DNA of 55,422 bases from Candidatus Stahliibacteriota bacterium (GTDB taxonomy: Bacteria; Hydrothermota; UBA3072), in assembly GCA_004377355.1 (NCBI GenBank), contig SOIB01000086.1:1-55422 (forward strand). The letters are read 5' to 3'. Made by a program: the position numbers and the translations under genes. The notes beneath the pieces are model-generated. The model had not been told where the DNA came from and ran no database searches. It saw only the letters and a list, made by a program, of their open reading frames with translations. Shown here one piece after another: positions 26,525-36,958 of the stretch (positions are counted from its first letter, which is position 1; each line of letters begins with the position of its first letter).

Positions 26525-27414
26525 CAGATTTTCAAAAAGAGGTAGAATAGAATTTTTTCAGCTGTTACATTAGCATAGTAATATTCGTAAGCTTTTTTAA
26601 GATGTAAGAAGGTCTTATATGCGTTGTCTTTTTTAATTTCCCCATTTTTATACTTATATTCTAACATTTTCCATAGATATAGAAGTAAAAATTCAATACG
26701 CCACTTATTTTCTAAATCTTCACTCCAATTCTTTATTCGCTCCTTACTGGGTGTATTAAAGAATAGCTTTTCAAGTTCTTCTTCTAAATCTTTAATTTCT
26801 CTAAGCAGTAATGTTTCTTCTATTCCTCTACCAAAGTGCTTAATATTTAAATCTTTTATGATTTGTTGTTGAAGTTCTGGTAGTAGTGGATGAAATCTTA
26901 TAGTAAGGGTTCTTGAGATTATAGTCTCTGAAAGAAGATGTTGGTTTGGAGTGATGAGTATAAATAGAACATTTTTAGGAGGTTCTTCCAATACTTTAAG
27001 AAAGGCATCAGCAGCGTTTATATTCATATTCTCGGCCTGTATTATAATAATCATTTTCCATGTACTTTCCATTGGAGTTAAATAAGCATAATTCTGTATT
27101 TCCCTGATAGTATCAATTGAGATAATGGATTTACTATATCTAAGTTTGTAATATTCACCAGACTTTCTCATTTTAAATATCTCATTATATTTATAATCTT
27201 CAAAGTCTGGGAATATTGTTAATGTGTCGGGGTGAACACCCCTTTCTATCTTCTTTTTGTTCCCGATAATCTCACCAGCAAAATCCAATGCAAGTGAAAA
27301 TTTTCCAACACCTGGGGGACCATAGAATAAAAGGGCAGGGGGTATGGTTCTCTTCGTTATCATAGAAGATAATAGTTTTTTCACCATTTCTTGACCTTTA
27401 ACATGAGTTTTCAT
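26524..27414 (-). CDS. holB: DNA polymerase III delta' subunit
   Basis: 296 aa. Has PPALLFYGPPGVGK and AFLKVLEEPP, followed by the SRT sensor motif. Confidence 0.8.
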   Translation of the reverse strand: MKTHVKGQEMVKKLLSSMITKRTIPPALLFYGPPGVGKFSLALDFAGEIIGNKKKIERGVHPDTLTIFPDFEDYKYNEIFKMRKSGEYYKLRYSKSIISIDTIREIQNYAYLTPMESTWKMIIIIQAENMNINAADAFLKVLEEPPKNVLFILITPNQHLLSETIISRTLTIRFHPLLPELQQQIIKDLNIKHFGRGIEETLLLREIKDLEEELEKLFFNTPSKERIKNWSEDLENKWRIEFLLLYLWKMLEYKYKNGEIKKDNAYKTFLHLKKAYEYYYANVTAEKILFYLFLKI

Positions 27415-27420
27415 TACAAT

Positions 27421-28521
27421 CTATATTTTTATAAAATTCATTGGGTTAACTGATTTCCCTGATTGCCTGATCTCAAAGTGTAGCATTGGTTCCTTGGCTG
27501 AACCAGTCTGTCCTACCTTGCCTATCAAGGAGCCTTCTCCTACTACGTCTCCGTTTTCTACCGTTATTGTTGAAAGATGAGAATATAAAGTTATATATCC
27601 TCCACCATGATCTATCAAAACCATCTTTCCATAACCCAGAAAGTTGTCACTATATACTACTCTACCAGGTGCTACAGATTTTATGTCCTCCCCCCACAGA
27701 GCTCTGATATCTATACCTTTGTTTAATGTTACAGTTCCATATTTTTCGTCCTTCTTTCTACCATAATAACCTGTTATAAATCCATCTACAGGAAGTTTAA
27801 GCTGTCTTTGCTCAAAGTAGGTGCTTCCCTCGCTCTTTTCCTCTGAGGAAAGTGTTTTTATCAGTTCTTCAAGATCCTCCATTGCGTGCTTCATCTCTTT
27901 AGACATCCTGATTGCTTTCATTCGCTCTGTTTCTATTTTAGTGAGATAATCTCTTTTTTCTTCTTTATCTTTCCTTAATTCATTTTCCTGTTTTTCAACT
28001 TCTCCATATATAATTTCTAATAATGATAAATTATTCTCTATTTGTGATTTCCTCAATCTCAATCGATTTTCAAGTTCCATAACTTCGGTCAAAACCCTTC
28101 TATCTTGATCTGCAATAATAGATAAATACTTCATTCTCTTTAATGCATCACTGAATGAATAGGAGAGAAGTACCACAGCTATTGGATGCAGAGGTCCATG
28201 AATATATATATCCTTTATACGCTCTTTAAGTATGTTTCTTTTTTCATTTAAACGAAAATCAAGTTCTTCTATTAATAGTTCTACGTTTTTAATCTCCTCT
28301 GTTGTTATTTCTATTTTCCATTTTAGTTCACCTATCAATTCCCTATTAAGGGATATCTCTTTATCCAATTCCTGAATATTTTTTAGGATTCCACTCTCTT
28401 CTCCTTTTAATTTTGTAATTTTTTCTTTTTGCGCTTTCAATCTCTCCCGAAGTATTTCCAATCTTTCTTCTGGAGACAGGACAGTTGCAAAAAGGGAGAA
28501 GAATATTATCAAGTAGTTCAT
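27421..28521 (-). CDS. M23 peptidase-domain murein hydrolase activator (EnvC-like)
   Basis: Signal peptide, about 230 aa of coiled coil, and a C-terminal LytM/M23 domain (GIDI...HLSTI...MLHFEIR). Confidence 0.8.
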   Translation of the reverse strand: MNYLIIFFSLFATVLSPEERLEILRERLKAQKEKITKLKGEESGILKNIQELDKEISLNRELIGELKWKIEITTEEIKNVELLIEELDFRLNEKRNILKERIKDIYIHGPLHPIAVVLLSYSFSDALKRMKYLSIIADQDRRVLTEVMELENRLRLRKSQIENNLSLLEIIYGEVEKQENELRKDKEEKRDYLTKIETERMKAIRMSKEMKHAMEDLEELIKTLSSEEKSEGSTYFEQRQLKLPVDGFITGYYGRKKDEKYGTVTLNKGIDIRALWGEDIKSVAPGRVVYSDNFLGYGKMVLIDHGGGYITLYSHLSTITVENGDVVGEGSLIGKVGQTGSAKEPMLHFEIRQSGKSVNPMNFIKI

Positions 28522-28651
28522 TTCTTATCCTAGTAAATCTTCATCCATCTGAATTTCTTTTTCTGATGTGGTTGCATCACGTAAGAAGAGAGAAACTATA
28601 CGATTTTTTAACCCTATTAGAATGCCTATGATTATTATAATAAAATTTCTT

Positions 28652-29500
28652 CTATTCATAATATCCAAACCTTTTTAAATCATTTTTATTTTTTCTCCAG
28701 TTTTTTCTAACCTTAACCCATGTGCTTATATATACATGTTTTCCAAGTAAATTCTCAATGTCCTTTCTTGCTGAAGTTGCCACCTTTTTCAGTTTTTCTC
28801 CACCTTTTCCTATAATTATACCCTTTTGTGATTCCTTTTCAACATATATATTTATATCTATTTTTCCGTCTTTCATATCTACCACCTGAACGGTGGTAGA
28901 ATATGGGATTTCTTGTTTATATTCATCGAGTATCTTTTCTCTCATTATCTCAGCGATGAAGAAACGCTCTGGTCGGTCAGAGAGATAATCTGGAGGGTAA
29001 AATGGGTGTTCACGAGGTAGATACCCGATGATTAGAGGAATAAGTTTTTCAACATTCTCTCCCGAAAGTGCTGATATAAGAAGTACTTCAGCAAAAGATG
29101 ATTCTTCAATAGAAGCTTTTATTTCCTGTAACTCATCTAATTCGATGATGTCAATTTTGTTTATGAGGAGAAAAATAGGAGTTTTAAAGTAAGAGAAGAT
29201 TTCAGAAGGAACTTCTGGGTGTTCTGGGGATATAAGAATTAATGTCAGGTCTGCATCTTCAGATGAACGTTTTATCTGGATTTGCATAGCCCTATCCAGG
29301 TCATTTTTTGGGTTGAAGAATCCGGGTGTATCGACAAAGACAATTTGATTATCATCTTCTGTCCATATACCAAGAATTCTGTGTCTTGTCGTTTGTGGCT
29401 TTTTAGAGACAATAGAGAGATTTTCCCGAAGTAGACGATTCAAAAGGGTTGATTTTCCGACATTTGGCTTACCTACTATAGATACATATCCCGCTTTCAT
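28652..29500 (-). CDS. era: GTPase Era
   Basis: Has G1 GKPNVGKST, G3 DTPG, G4 NKID and a C-terminal KH domain (IIIGKGGEKLKKV). ATG 29500 (MKAGYVSIVGK) is preferred over the track's TTG at 29578. Confidence 0.9.
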   Translation of the reverse strand: MKAGYVSIVGKPNVGKSTLLNRLLRENLSIVSKKPQTTRHRILGIWTEDDNQIVFVDTPGFFNPKNDLDRAMQIQIKRSSEDADLTLILISPEHPEVPSEIFSYFKTPIFLLINKIDIIELDELQEIKASIEESSFAEVLLISALSGENVEKLIPLIIGYLPREHPFYPPDYLSDRPERFFIAEIMREKILDEYKQEIPYSTTVQVVDMKDGKIDINIYVEKESQKGIIIGKGGEKLKKVATSARKDIENLLGKHVYISTWVKVRKNWRKNKNDLKRFGYYE

Positions 29501-29629
29501 ACATACAAATATATCTTGAGGTAATTCAAAGTCAAGGGGATAGAAGGGATAAAGTAAAATAACTTTTACTCTTGACAAATATATTTTTTTCTTTTATTAT
29601 TTCAGATGTCATTTTCGAGGAGAGTATAA

Positions 29630-31126
29630 ATGGATAATTATGATATAAAGCAGGTTATAATGGATATCTCGGATTTTATTAGAGACCTTTACTTTGTTCA
29701 TGAAAAGGAACGAATTATAGAAGAGACACTTAAGACAGTTGTTAAGATGACCCACTGTGATTCCTCTTCTTTATTTCTTTTAACAGATAATCCTAAAAGG
29801 ATAGCATACGATTATAATCACGAAGAAAGCAAAATTACCACTCATAAGAGCTCTGCTGGATTAACCTCTGGTATTTCCGAGAGGGTTCTGAAGGATGGTG
29901 AGATTGTTGTAATTAAGGATATTGATGAGATTTCAAATTTAAATCCAAAGATAAGAGAGAAGAAACTAAAGTCATTCGCTGCATTTCCTATCATAATAGG
30001 TAATGAGGTAGAAGGAATCCTGTATATAAACTATATCAAATCAAGAATCCCTGAAAATTTTGATGAATATTCAATCTCCTGGATGAAACTCTTCTCTACT
30101 ATTGTTGCTTCAGCTATTTTTGATGCAAGACTTTATTATAGATTGGACAAAGCACTGAAAGACCTCAAAATTTCCTTTGAGATTAGCCGTTCTTTGATGT
30201 CGGTTTCTGAACTAGACAAACTTGTAGAGAGGATATTTGAGGAAATAACTAATAGATTTGGTTATGAGCTTATTGCGATCTTTATTAGAGAAGAAAAAGA
30301 TGGCTATATCACAATGAATTATACTTTAGAGGCGTTAAAAGATTTTATCGGATTAAAATTTAAAGTAGGAGGAAAAGGTATTGTTGGGAAGGTGGCAGGA
30401 ACGGGAGAACCATATTATGCCCCTGATGTCTCTTCTGATGAATTTTATTCAGCAGCCCTTAAAGATGTTAAATCGGAATTCTCCATTCCTTTGAAAATTG
30501 GTAATAGAGTGATAGGAGTACTGGATATCGAGAGTTTTAGATTGAATGATTTTTCAGAAGATACTAGAAATCTATTAGTATCCATAGGGGTTCATATAGC
30601 TATTTCACTTGAGAAAGCAAGATTATATGAAAGAACCAAAAGATTATCAGGTGAAGATCCATTGACAGGTGTGTTAAACAGAAGACGGCTAGAGGAAGAA
30701 ATAAATAGAGAAATAGAAAGATCAAAAAGACATAAAACCAAATTCTCCTTACTATTTATGGATCTGGATAATTTTAAAAGATTTAATGACAAATATGGGC
30801 ATTTAAAAGGGGATGAATTACTGATTTCCTATTCTAATATAATAAAAAAACTTCTTAGAAAAGGAGACATATTCGGTAGATATGGAGGAGATGAATTCAT
30901 AGCACTTCTTTATCAAACGGATATAAATCAATCAAAAGAAGTAGCAAAAAGGATGATGAACGCAGTAGTGAAAGAAGATGATCTTCTTGACTTGACATTC
31001 TCTATAGGCATATCAGGTTTTCCCGACAACGGGAATAATTTGAAAGAATTAATAAATGTAGCAGATCGTGCCTGTTATAAAGCAAAAGAAAAAGATGACA
31101 AAATAGTCATTGTATCAAAAGAATAG
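29630..31126 (+). CDS. GAF-GAF-GGDEF diguanylate cyclase
   Basis: 498 aa with two GAF-like regions and then a GGDEF domain. The active site is RYGGDEF and an RxxD I-site (RKGD) lies 5 residues upstream. Confidence 0.85.
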   Translation: MDNYDIKQVIMDISDFIRDLYFVHEKERIIEETLKTVVKMTHCDSSSLFLLTDNPKRIAYDYNHEESKITTHKSSAGLTSGISERVLKDGEIVVIKDIDEISNLNPKIREKKLKSFAAFPIIIGNEVEGILYINYIKSRIPENFDEYSISWMKLFSTIVASAIFDARLYYRLDKALKDLKISFEISRSLMSVSELDKLVERIFEEITNRFGYELIAIFIREEKDGYITMNYTLEALKDFIGLKFKVGGKGIVGKVAGTGEPYYAPDVSSDEFYSAALKDVKSEFSIPLKIGNRVIGVLDIESFRLNDFSEDTRNLLVSIGVHIAISLEKARLYERTKRLSGEDPLTGVLNRRRLEEEINREIERSKRHKTKFSLLFMDLDNFKRFNDKYGHLKGDELLISYSNIIKKLLRKGDIFGRYGGDEFIALLYQTDINQSKEVAKRMMNAVVKEDDLLDLTFSIGISGFPDNGNNLKELINVADRACYKAKEKDDKIVIVSKE

Positions 31127-31289
31127 AAGATTTTAATCGGTAACTCTTCTCATTTCTTATCTATAGTTACAAATCCTTTCATATACTAAACATCTTGAGT
31201 TTTTTGAACTAGTCATTTTCTTATATCTTTCTTTGCGAACTTTGCTCTCAAAGCGAGAAATTATTTCGTGTGAGTCCGGGTGGCTACTC

Positions 31290-31318
31290 TTGACAGACAG
31301 GACGGTGCACGGTATTAT
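31290..31318 (+). promoter_or_regulatory. sigma70-type promoter TTGACA-N17-TATTAT placed for a leaderless map transcript
   Basis: TTGACA at 31290-31295 and TATTAT at 31313-31318. The A of the map ATG (31325) is 7 nt past the -10 element, and there is no SD. Confidence 0.45.
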
Positions 31319-31324
31319 CCAGTT

Positions 31325-32089
31325 ATGATAATAATAAAGAGCAAAAAAGAGATTGAATGTATAAAAAAAGCATCTAATCTTCTTGCGAAGACTTTCGAAT
31401 ATGTCAAAGGTATGATTTCTCCAGATGTGACAACTTTAGAACTTGATCAAGAGATAGAAGAATATGTCCGACAATTGGGTGGAAAGCCTGCATTTAAAGG
31501 ATATAAAGGATATCCTGCCTCTGCTTGTATATCTATCAATGAAGTTGTTATTCACGGAATTCCAGATGAAAGAAGGTTAAAATCAGGTGATATAGTTGGA
31601 ATCGATGTAGGTATTGAATTTAATGGGTGTTTTAGCGATGCTGCTTATACTTTTGGAGTTGGAGATGTTGCAGATGAATCAAAAAAACTTATGAAAACTA
31701 CGGAGCAAGCATTATTCAATGCAATTGAAGTAGCAAGGATCGGTAATAGAATCGGGGATATATCTCATGAGGTTCAACAAACAGCAGAAAATGCAGGATA
31801 TAGTGTTGTTAGAGAGTTTGTAGGACACGGTGTTGGTCTGAAATTGCATGAGGAACCATCAATACCCAACTTTGGAAAAAATGGTGTTGGACCACGACTT
31901 AAAAAGGGAATGACATTGGCTGTAGAGCCAATGATAAATTTAGGGACTTTTCAGGTAGAGGTGTTAAATGATGGTTGGACCGTTGTTACCAAAGATAGAA
32001 AGTCATCTGCTCATTATGAACATACAATTCTAATAACTGACAATAAAGCCATGATTCTAACGAATTCATCATTATATGAAGATAAATAG
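31325..32089 (+). CDS. map: type I methionine aminopeptidase
   Basis: MIIIKSKKEIE is a typical MetAP N-terminus, and the metal-ligand blocks GIDVG, SDAAYTF, VGHGVG, LAVEPM and HYEHT are present. The track's GTG at 31280 would add 15 atypical residues. Confidence 0.92.
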   Translation: MIIIKSKKEIECIKKASNLLAKTFEYVKGMISPDVTTLELDQEIEEYVRQLGGKPAFKGYKGYPASACISINEVVIHGIPDERRLKSGDIVGIDVGIEFNGCFSDAAYTFGVGDVADESKKLMKTTEQALFNAIEVARIGNRIGDISHEVQQTAENAGYSVVREFVGHGVGLKLHEEPSIPNFGKNGVGPRLKKGMTLAVEPMINLGTFQVEVLNDGWTVVTKDRKSSAHYEHTILITDNKAMILTNSSLYEDK

Positions 32090-32110
32090 CCACAGAGGCA
32101 TAGAAGAAAG

Positions 32111-32275
32111 TTGATGAGTGAATGAGTGTAACAGTATATGAGTACAAAATAAAATCTTATAAAGATGAAATAATTAAGATGGATAGTGAATTGGAGGTTT
32201 TAATGAAGGATTTTTCTAATATTAAAGTTACCCATCAACTCATTTACCCATTCACTCATTTACTATTTACACTGT
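32111..32275. repeat. inverted pair of [AT]GA(A/T)TGAGT-type 8-bp word arrays flanking ~85 nt
   Basis: 32111-32145 reads TTGATGAG TGAATGAG TGTAACAG TATATGAG. 32229-32275 carries the same words in reverse complement (CATCAACTCATTTACCCATTCACTCATTTAC). ATGAGTGAATG could pair across the gap. Confidence 0.8.
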
Positions 32276-32294
32276 AGCAAAAAAAGGAGGTAAA

Positions 32295-32597
32295 ATGATA
32301 GGAAAGGAGAAACAAGAGAAAAGGACTATCAATCTTAATTTTGAAAAAGCAGAGACAAAATATGTTAATCTTTCGCTCTTAAGTCATTCACAGGCAGAAT
32401 TCATTATCGACTTTGCAAGAATACTTCCTGGTATGGTAAAACCTGAAGTTCAGGATAGAATAGTGATGACACCAATTCATGCAAAACTATTGCTAAATGC
32501 ATTAAGTGAAAATATAAAGAAATATGAAGAAAAATTTGGGAAGATTGAGATTCCAACTGGTGTGGAAGAAGGTACGGAAACAGGTTATAAGTCATAG
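32295..32597 (+). CDS. DUF3467 domain protein
   Basis: 100 aa. KYVNLSLLSHSQAEFIIDFARILPG matches the DUF3467 core. A strong AAGGAGGT SD lies upstream. Confidence 0.6.
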   Translation: MIGKEKQEKRTINLNFEKAETKYVNLSLLSHSQAEFIIDFARILPGMVKPEVQDRIVMTPIHAKLLLNALSENIKKYEEKFGKIEIPTGVEEGTETGYKS

Positions 32598-33742
32598 TGA
32601 AAAAATTAAGAGAACACCTGGAAGAGGAAGAAAAAATCCTTGCACCTTATGCTGTAAAATCAAGAGAAAGTAAAGGTAGAGTCCATGATGAAGTACCTCC
32701 CATATATCGTACACATTTTATGAGGGACAGGGATCGTGTAATTCATTCTACAGCTTTTAGAAGACTCGAATATAAAACGCAAGTTTTTGTGAATCATGAG
32801 GGAGATTATTATAGAACCAGATTAACACATGCATTAGAAGTTCAACAAATTGCTCGCACGATTGCAAAAGCTCTCGGTTTGAATGAAATATTGACTGAAG
32901 CAGTTAGTCTTGCTCATGATATTGGACATACACCTTTTGGACATGCGGGTGAATCTATGTTAAATGAGTTAATGAAGGATTCTGGAGGGTTTGAACACAA
33001 TGTTCAGGGACTTCGAGTTGTTGATATGCTTGAGCATAAATATCCTAATTTTAGAGGGTTAAATCTCTGTTATGAAACTAGAGAAAGTATAATAAAGCAC
33101 GAGTCTGAGTATGATTCTGCATTATGTGTTTTTGAGGAGTTTGAAGTAAATAATTCACCCTCTCTGGAAGCACAGGTAGTTAATATTACAGATGAGATAG
33201 CATATAATGCGCATGATTTGGATGATGGGTTGAAATCAAAATATCTTAATCTAGAGCAACTAAACGAAGTTAGTCTGTGGAAATCTATATTTGATAAAAT
33301 AGATAGAGATTTGAGTAATCAGTACAGGATTTATGTTGCAATCAGAGAATTTATCAAATTTGAGGTCAATAATGTAATTGAAAATTCAGAAAGATTAATT
33401 AAGGGGAAAGGCATTAAGAACCTTCAGGGTGTTTATTCAGCAAATCCTTTGATAGAATTCTCTTCTGATTTGGAATCGCTAAATAGAGAAATGAAAGATT
33501 TTTTAAAAGAAAATCTATATAGGCATTATAAGGTGATTAAGATGCAGGAGAAATCCAAAAGAATTGTTGAATCGCTTTTCACAGTTTATCTAAAAAATAT
33601 TAATCAATTGCCACCTCAATTTCTTGAAATGATTGATGAAATTGGGAAAGAGAGGGTAATTGTCGATTATATAGCTGGGATGACAGACCGTTTTGCCCAG
33701 GATGAATACGAAAGATTATTCTTTCCGTTCACCAAGATGTAG
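32597..33742 (+). CDS. dgt: dGTP triphosphohydrolase-like HD protein
   Basis: Has RDRDRVIHSTAFRRL, RLTHALEV and AHDIGHTPFGH, which are canonical dGTPase family blocks. Confidence 0.85.
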   Translation: MKKLREHLEEEEKILAPYAVKSRESKGRVHDEVPPIYRTHFMRDRDRVIHSTAFRRLEYKTQVFVNHEGDYYRTRLTHALEVQQIARTIAKALGLNEILTEAVSLAHDIGHTPFGHAGESMLNELMKDSGGFEHNVQGLRVVDMLEHKYPNFRGLNLCYETRESIIKHESEYDSALCVFEEFEVNNSPSLEAQVVNITDEIAYNAHDLDDGLKSKYLNLEQLNEVSLWKSIFDKIDRDLSNQYRIYVAIREFIKFEVNNVIENSERLIKGKGIKNLQGVYSANPLIEFSSDLESLNREMKDFLKENLYRHYKVIKMQEKSKRIVESLFTVYLKNINQLPPQFLEMIDEIGKERVIVDYIAGMTDRFAQDEYERLFFPFTKM

Positions 33743-34835
33743 ACTTCCAGTTCTACATAAGTATCTCCTTAAGCAGGGAATAACACCATTTGTAGCAGGT
33801 TCTCTCCTGTTTACATTTATACTTTTAATGGACAGAATCTTTCAGTTATTTGATCTATTAATAGGGAAAGAGATCGGTCTTAATAAGGTTTTTATGATAT
33901 TTTTATACAGTTTTCCATTTATTATTGCGCTTACTGTACCCATGGGAGTTTTGGTGGCAACAATTGCATCCTACGGAAGAATGAGTGGAGATTCTGAAAT
34001 CCTTGCTTTACGTGCTTTAGGAATTACTCCACAACGTCTTATGACCCCATTCCTTTTGATGTCTATTTTAATAACACTAGGGATGAGTTTATTCAATATT
34101 TACGTATTACCAGAAGCAAACTATCAATTAAAAAAACGATTAGTCGAGGTTTCCAGAACAAGACCCACTTTAAGGCTATATGAGGGTAGATTTAATGAGA
34201 TAAGTCGTGGATATACTCTATGGGCTGACTCAATTGACCATGCAAAATCCAAACTTACAGGTGTAAAGATCTATGAGGAATTACCAAACAAGGCTCCCAG
34301 GGTGATTTATTCAAATCTTGGGGAAATGTATGTAGTGGGCGATAGTCTAACGCTACTTTTACATGATGGAGAGTTCCATAGATTTGATCCCTCTCAACCA
34401 TCAAATTACAGGATATTGAAATTTTCTGACCATGTTATGACGATCCCCCTTGGAAGAAAAAGAAGTGCTAGCGTAATGAGAAGTGCAAGAGAGATGAACC
34501 TCAAGCAGTTACTTTATCATTCACGGAATGCTCGCAGTAAACGTGATAAATGGCGATATCTATTGGAAGCTCATAAAAAGTTTTCTATTCCTTTTGCTTC
34601 AATTGTATTTGTTATTCTTGGTGTTCCTCTTGGAATGTGGGTTAGGCAGGGTGGTCTTGGAAACGGTATAACTCTTAGTTTCTTGATGTTTATGATATAT
34701 TATATAATGCTAGTTGGTGGTGAGGAAATATGTGAAAGAGGTAATCTATATCCTTCTCTTTCGATGTGGATACCTAATATAGTCTTAGGTCTTTTCGGTA
34801 TATTCCTGTTCTATAAGGTAATATATGGGAAATAG
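33693..34835 (+). CDS. LptF/LptG (YjgP/YjgQ) family LPS export permease
   Basis: 380 aa with 3 TM segments, a periplasmic beta-jellyroll region and 3 more TM segments. The start is uncertain because it overlaps dgt by 50 nt. Confidence 0.75.
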   Translation: MPRMNTKDYSFRSPRCRLPVLHKYLLKQGITPFVAGSLLFTFILLMDRIFQLFDLLIGKEIGLNKVFMIFLYSFPFIIALTVPMGVLVATIASYGRMSGDSEILALRALGITPQRLMTPFLLMSILITLGMSLFNIYVLPEANYQLKKRLVEVSRTRPTLRLYEGRFNEISRGYTLWADSIDHAKSKLTGVKIYEELPNKAPRVIYSNLGEMYVVGDSLTLLLHDGEFHRFDPSQPSNYRILKFSDHVMTIPLGRKRSASVMRSAREMNLKQLLYHSRNARSKRDKWRYLLEAHKKFSIPFASIVFVILGVPLGMWVRQGGLGNGITLSFLMFMIYYIMLVGGEEICERGNLYPSLSMWIPNIVLGLFGIFLFYKVIYGK

Positions 34836-35907
34836 AATCTTAGAGAGATACATTCTTAAACGGTTTATAAGGGCTTTCCTGTTAACCCTAATAGCTTTTC
34901 TTTTTATCTATATCATAACGAATTTATTTGAACATATAGGCTATTTTATAGATAGAAAAGCTAACACGCTTGAAATAATAGGATATTATCTACTGTTTTC
35001 TCCGGAGATTGTTGTCCGACTTATGCCCCTCAGTATTTTACTCGGTGTATATTTTTCCCTTGGCATATTAACGAGGCATAATGAGGTGCTTGCAATAAGA
35101 GGACTTGGTATTTCTCCTTTGGAGATTCTTAAACCGATATTTATATACGGGTTTTTAATATCTATAGTTGTTCTTGCTTTCAACCTCTCTTTTGTACCCA
35201 GGACCGGGCATCTTCTAAAAGAGTTTAAAAGAACAAGGATTGACAAAGTAAAGGGTACTCGAAAGGCTTATGGACGAAACATTAATTACATTACCAAAGA
35301 GGGATGGATAATAAAAATAAACACACTAAGAGGAGAAAAGATTAGTGATGTAAACCTTTTTAAGTATCAGAAAGGAAGAATGGTTTTTAGGATATATGCA
35401 AAGAGGGGTGAGTGGAAGGATATTTTTTGGCTATTGGAAGATGTTCATAAAAGAACTTTCAACGAGGGAGGTAGTTTAACATATGAATTTAAAGAAAGTG
35501 AAAAAAGTGATGTTATTAAAGTTACACCAGCTGAATTGGCGAAAAGTACTCTTGACCCACTAAATCTGTCTTTTACGGAGCTCCTACGTTATGCAGAGAG
35601 ACTTGAGCTTAGTGGACAACTGAATCAGAGAGAGAGGGTTGAACTTTACGGAAGAATATCTTATCCTCTTATGGGTTTTATAATCCTATTTTTTGGTTGT
35701 CCTCTTGCACTAGAAATGAAAAGAAGGGGTTTGATATTCGGTTTTGGCCTTGGAATCTTAGCAAGTTTTACTTTCTGGGGAATAATTCAATTATTTAAAG
35801 AATTAGGAATAAAGGGTGCATTGCCCCCTTATCTTTCGGTTATAATTCCAGATTTACTTTTCCTTTCTTTGGGTTTCTACTTATTATTAAAGAGTAAACC
35901 TCTATAA
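34825..35907 (+). CDS. LptF/LptG (YjgP/YjgQ) family LPS export permease
   Basis: 360 aa with the same architecture, as a tandem paralog of the upstream gene. Confidence 0.75.
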   Translation: MGNRILERYILKRFIRAFLLTLIAFLFIYIITNLFEHIGYFIDRKANTLEIIGYYLLFSPEIVVRLMPLSILLGVYFSLGILTRHNEVLAIRGLGISPLEILKPIFIYGFLISIVVLAFNLSFVPRTGHLLKEFKRTRIDKVKGTRKAYGRNINYITKEGWIIKINTLRGEKISDVNLFKYQKGRMVFRIYAKRGEWKDIFWLLEDVHKRTFNEGGSLTYEFKESEKSDVIKVTPAELAKSTLDPLNLSFTELLRYAERLELSGQLNQRERVELYGRISYPLMGFIILFFGCPLALEMKRRGLIFGFGLGILASFTFWGIIQLFKELGIKGALPPYLSVIIPDLLFLSLGFYLLLKSKPL

Positions 35908-35914
35908 CTAGTTT

Positions 35915-36958
35915 TTATTCTATTTCTAAACACTTATCCCATTCATCAGCATATTTACTGGAGAGTTGTTTATTGTCTATTTTTAAGTAAGCAATTGCCA
36001 TAAGATGATATGCTTCACAATTATTGGGATTTTTCTGTATTGCTTCTTCCAGGATATTTATGGCTTCGTTATATTTTTCATCTGTTATATAAATCTGACC
36101 AATAAGGTCATAAGATTTTGCTGGAAATTCAGTGTCTATTCCTTTCATACCTATAACTTTAAGTGCTGTCTCTATTGCAGATTGATGCTCTTTACCCTTA
36201 AAATATGAAATTGCAAGATTATATAGAATACCTGGATTATCTTTTAGCATATTTGCTGATTTTTTAAGTACAGCAGTCGCTTTATCAAATTCCTCTAAAT
36301 CAAGATAAGCCTGCCCTAATACTGTGTATACTTCTGTCACTGTGGTATCAATCTCAAGAGATTTCTCAAGATAAGGTATAGCATTTTCTGGTTGCATCTT
36401 GATTACATAATACCTTCCAAGAGTGATGTAAGGATCAATATTGGTTTCATCAGCATCAATTGCCTTCTTGTAATAAACAAGGGCTTCATCGAATTTATCC
36501 ATCATGGTTAGTATGTTTGCGTGAAGGTTGTAAGAATACGATTTATTTCTTGGTGTTTCTACATCTTCTGATATTTTAACAATTTCAAGAGCTCTTTTGG
36601 GATCCTCGTCTCTATATATTACTGCTCCATTATAAAACACACTCCATGCGTATTCTTCAATGTAAAGGAAGTTTTCATACCACTTTATACTTATCTCTGC
36701 TTCTTTTTTGTTGGCATGTAGTGCTTTATCAAGTGCATCCGCAGCATTTTTATATTCTTTCTTCTTAAAATACGCAGCCGAAAGACTTACATATGGCTCT
36801 GCTTTATTTGGATACTTTAAAGTAGCTAATTTGAACTGTTCAATTGCTTTGTCGTATTCTCTGTTTCTGATATGGATATTTCCACCTGTAATCTCTTGGG
36901 CTTTACAACCTGATAGTAGCAGTACAATTAGTACAGCGACTATTAACAAATTCCTCAT
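35915..36958 (-). CDS. TPR-repeat lipoprotein
   Basis: 347 aa with lipobox LLLSGC and multiple TPR units. Confidence 0.7.
   Translation of the reverse strand: MRNLLIVAVLIVLLLSGCKAQEITGGNIHIRNREYDKAIEQFKLATLKYPNKAEPYVSLSAAYFKKKEYKNAADALDKALHANKKEAEISIKWYENFLYIEEYAWSVFYNGAVIYRDEDPKRALEIVKISEDVETPRNKSYSYNLHANILTMMDKFDEALVYYKKAIDADETNIDPYITLGRYYVIKMQPENAIPYLEKSLEIDTTVTEVYTVLGQAYLDLEEFDKATAVLKKSANMLKDNPGILYNLAISYFKGKEHQSAIETALKVIGMKGIDTEFPAKSYDLIGQIYITDEKYNEAINILEEAIQKNPNNCEAYHLMAIAYLKIDNKQLSSKYADEWDKCLEIE

Noticed and set aside
30438-30465. CTGATGA strings examined as possible hammerhead ribozyme cores (also around 9150-9160)
   Set aside because: There is no adjacent stem II followed by GAAA, and no properly placed cleavage-site helix. 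The 30.4-kb instance lies inside the GGDEF coding region.
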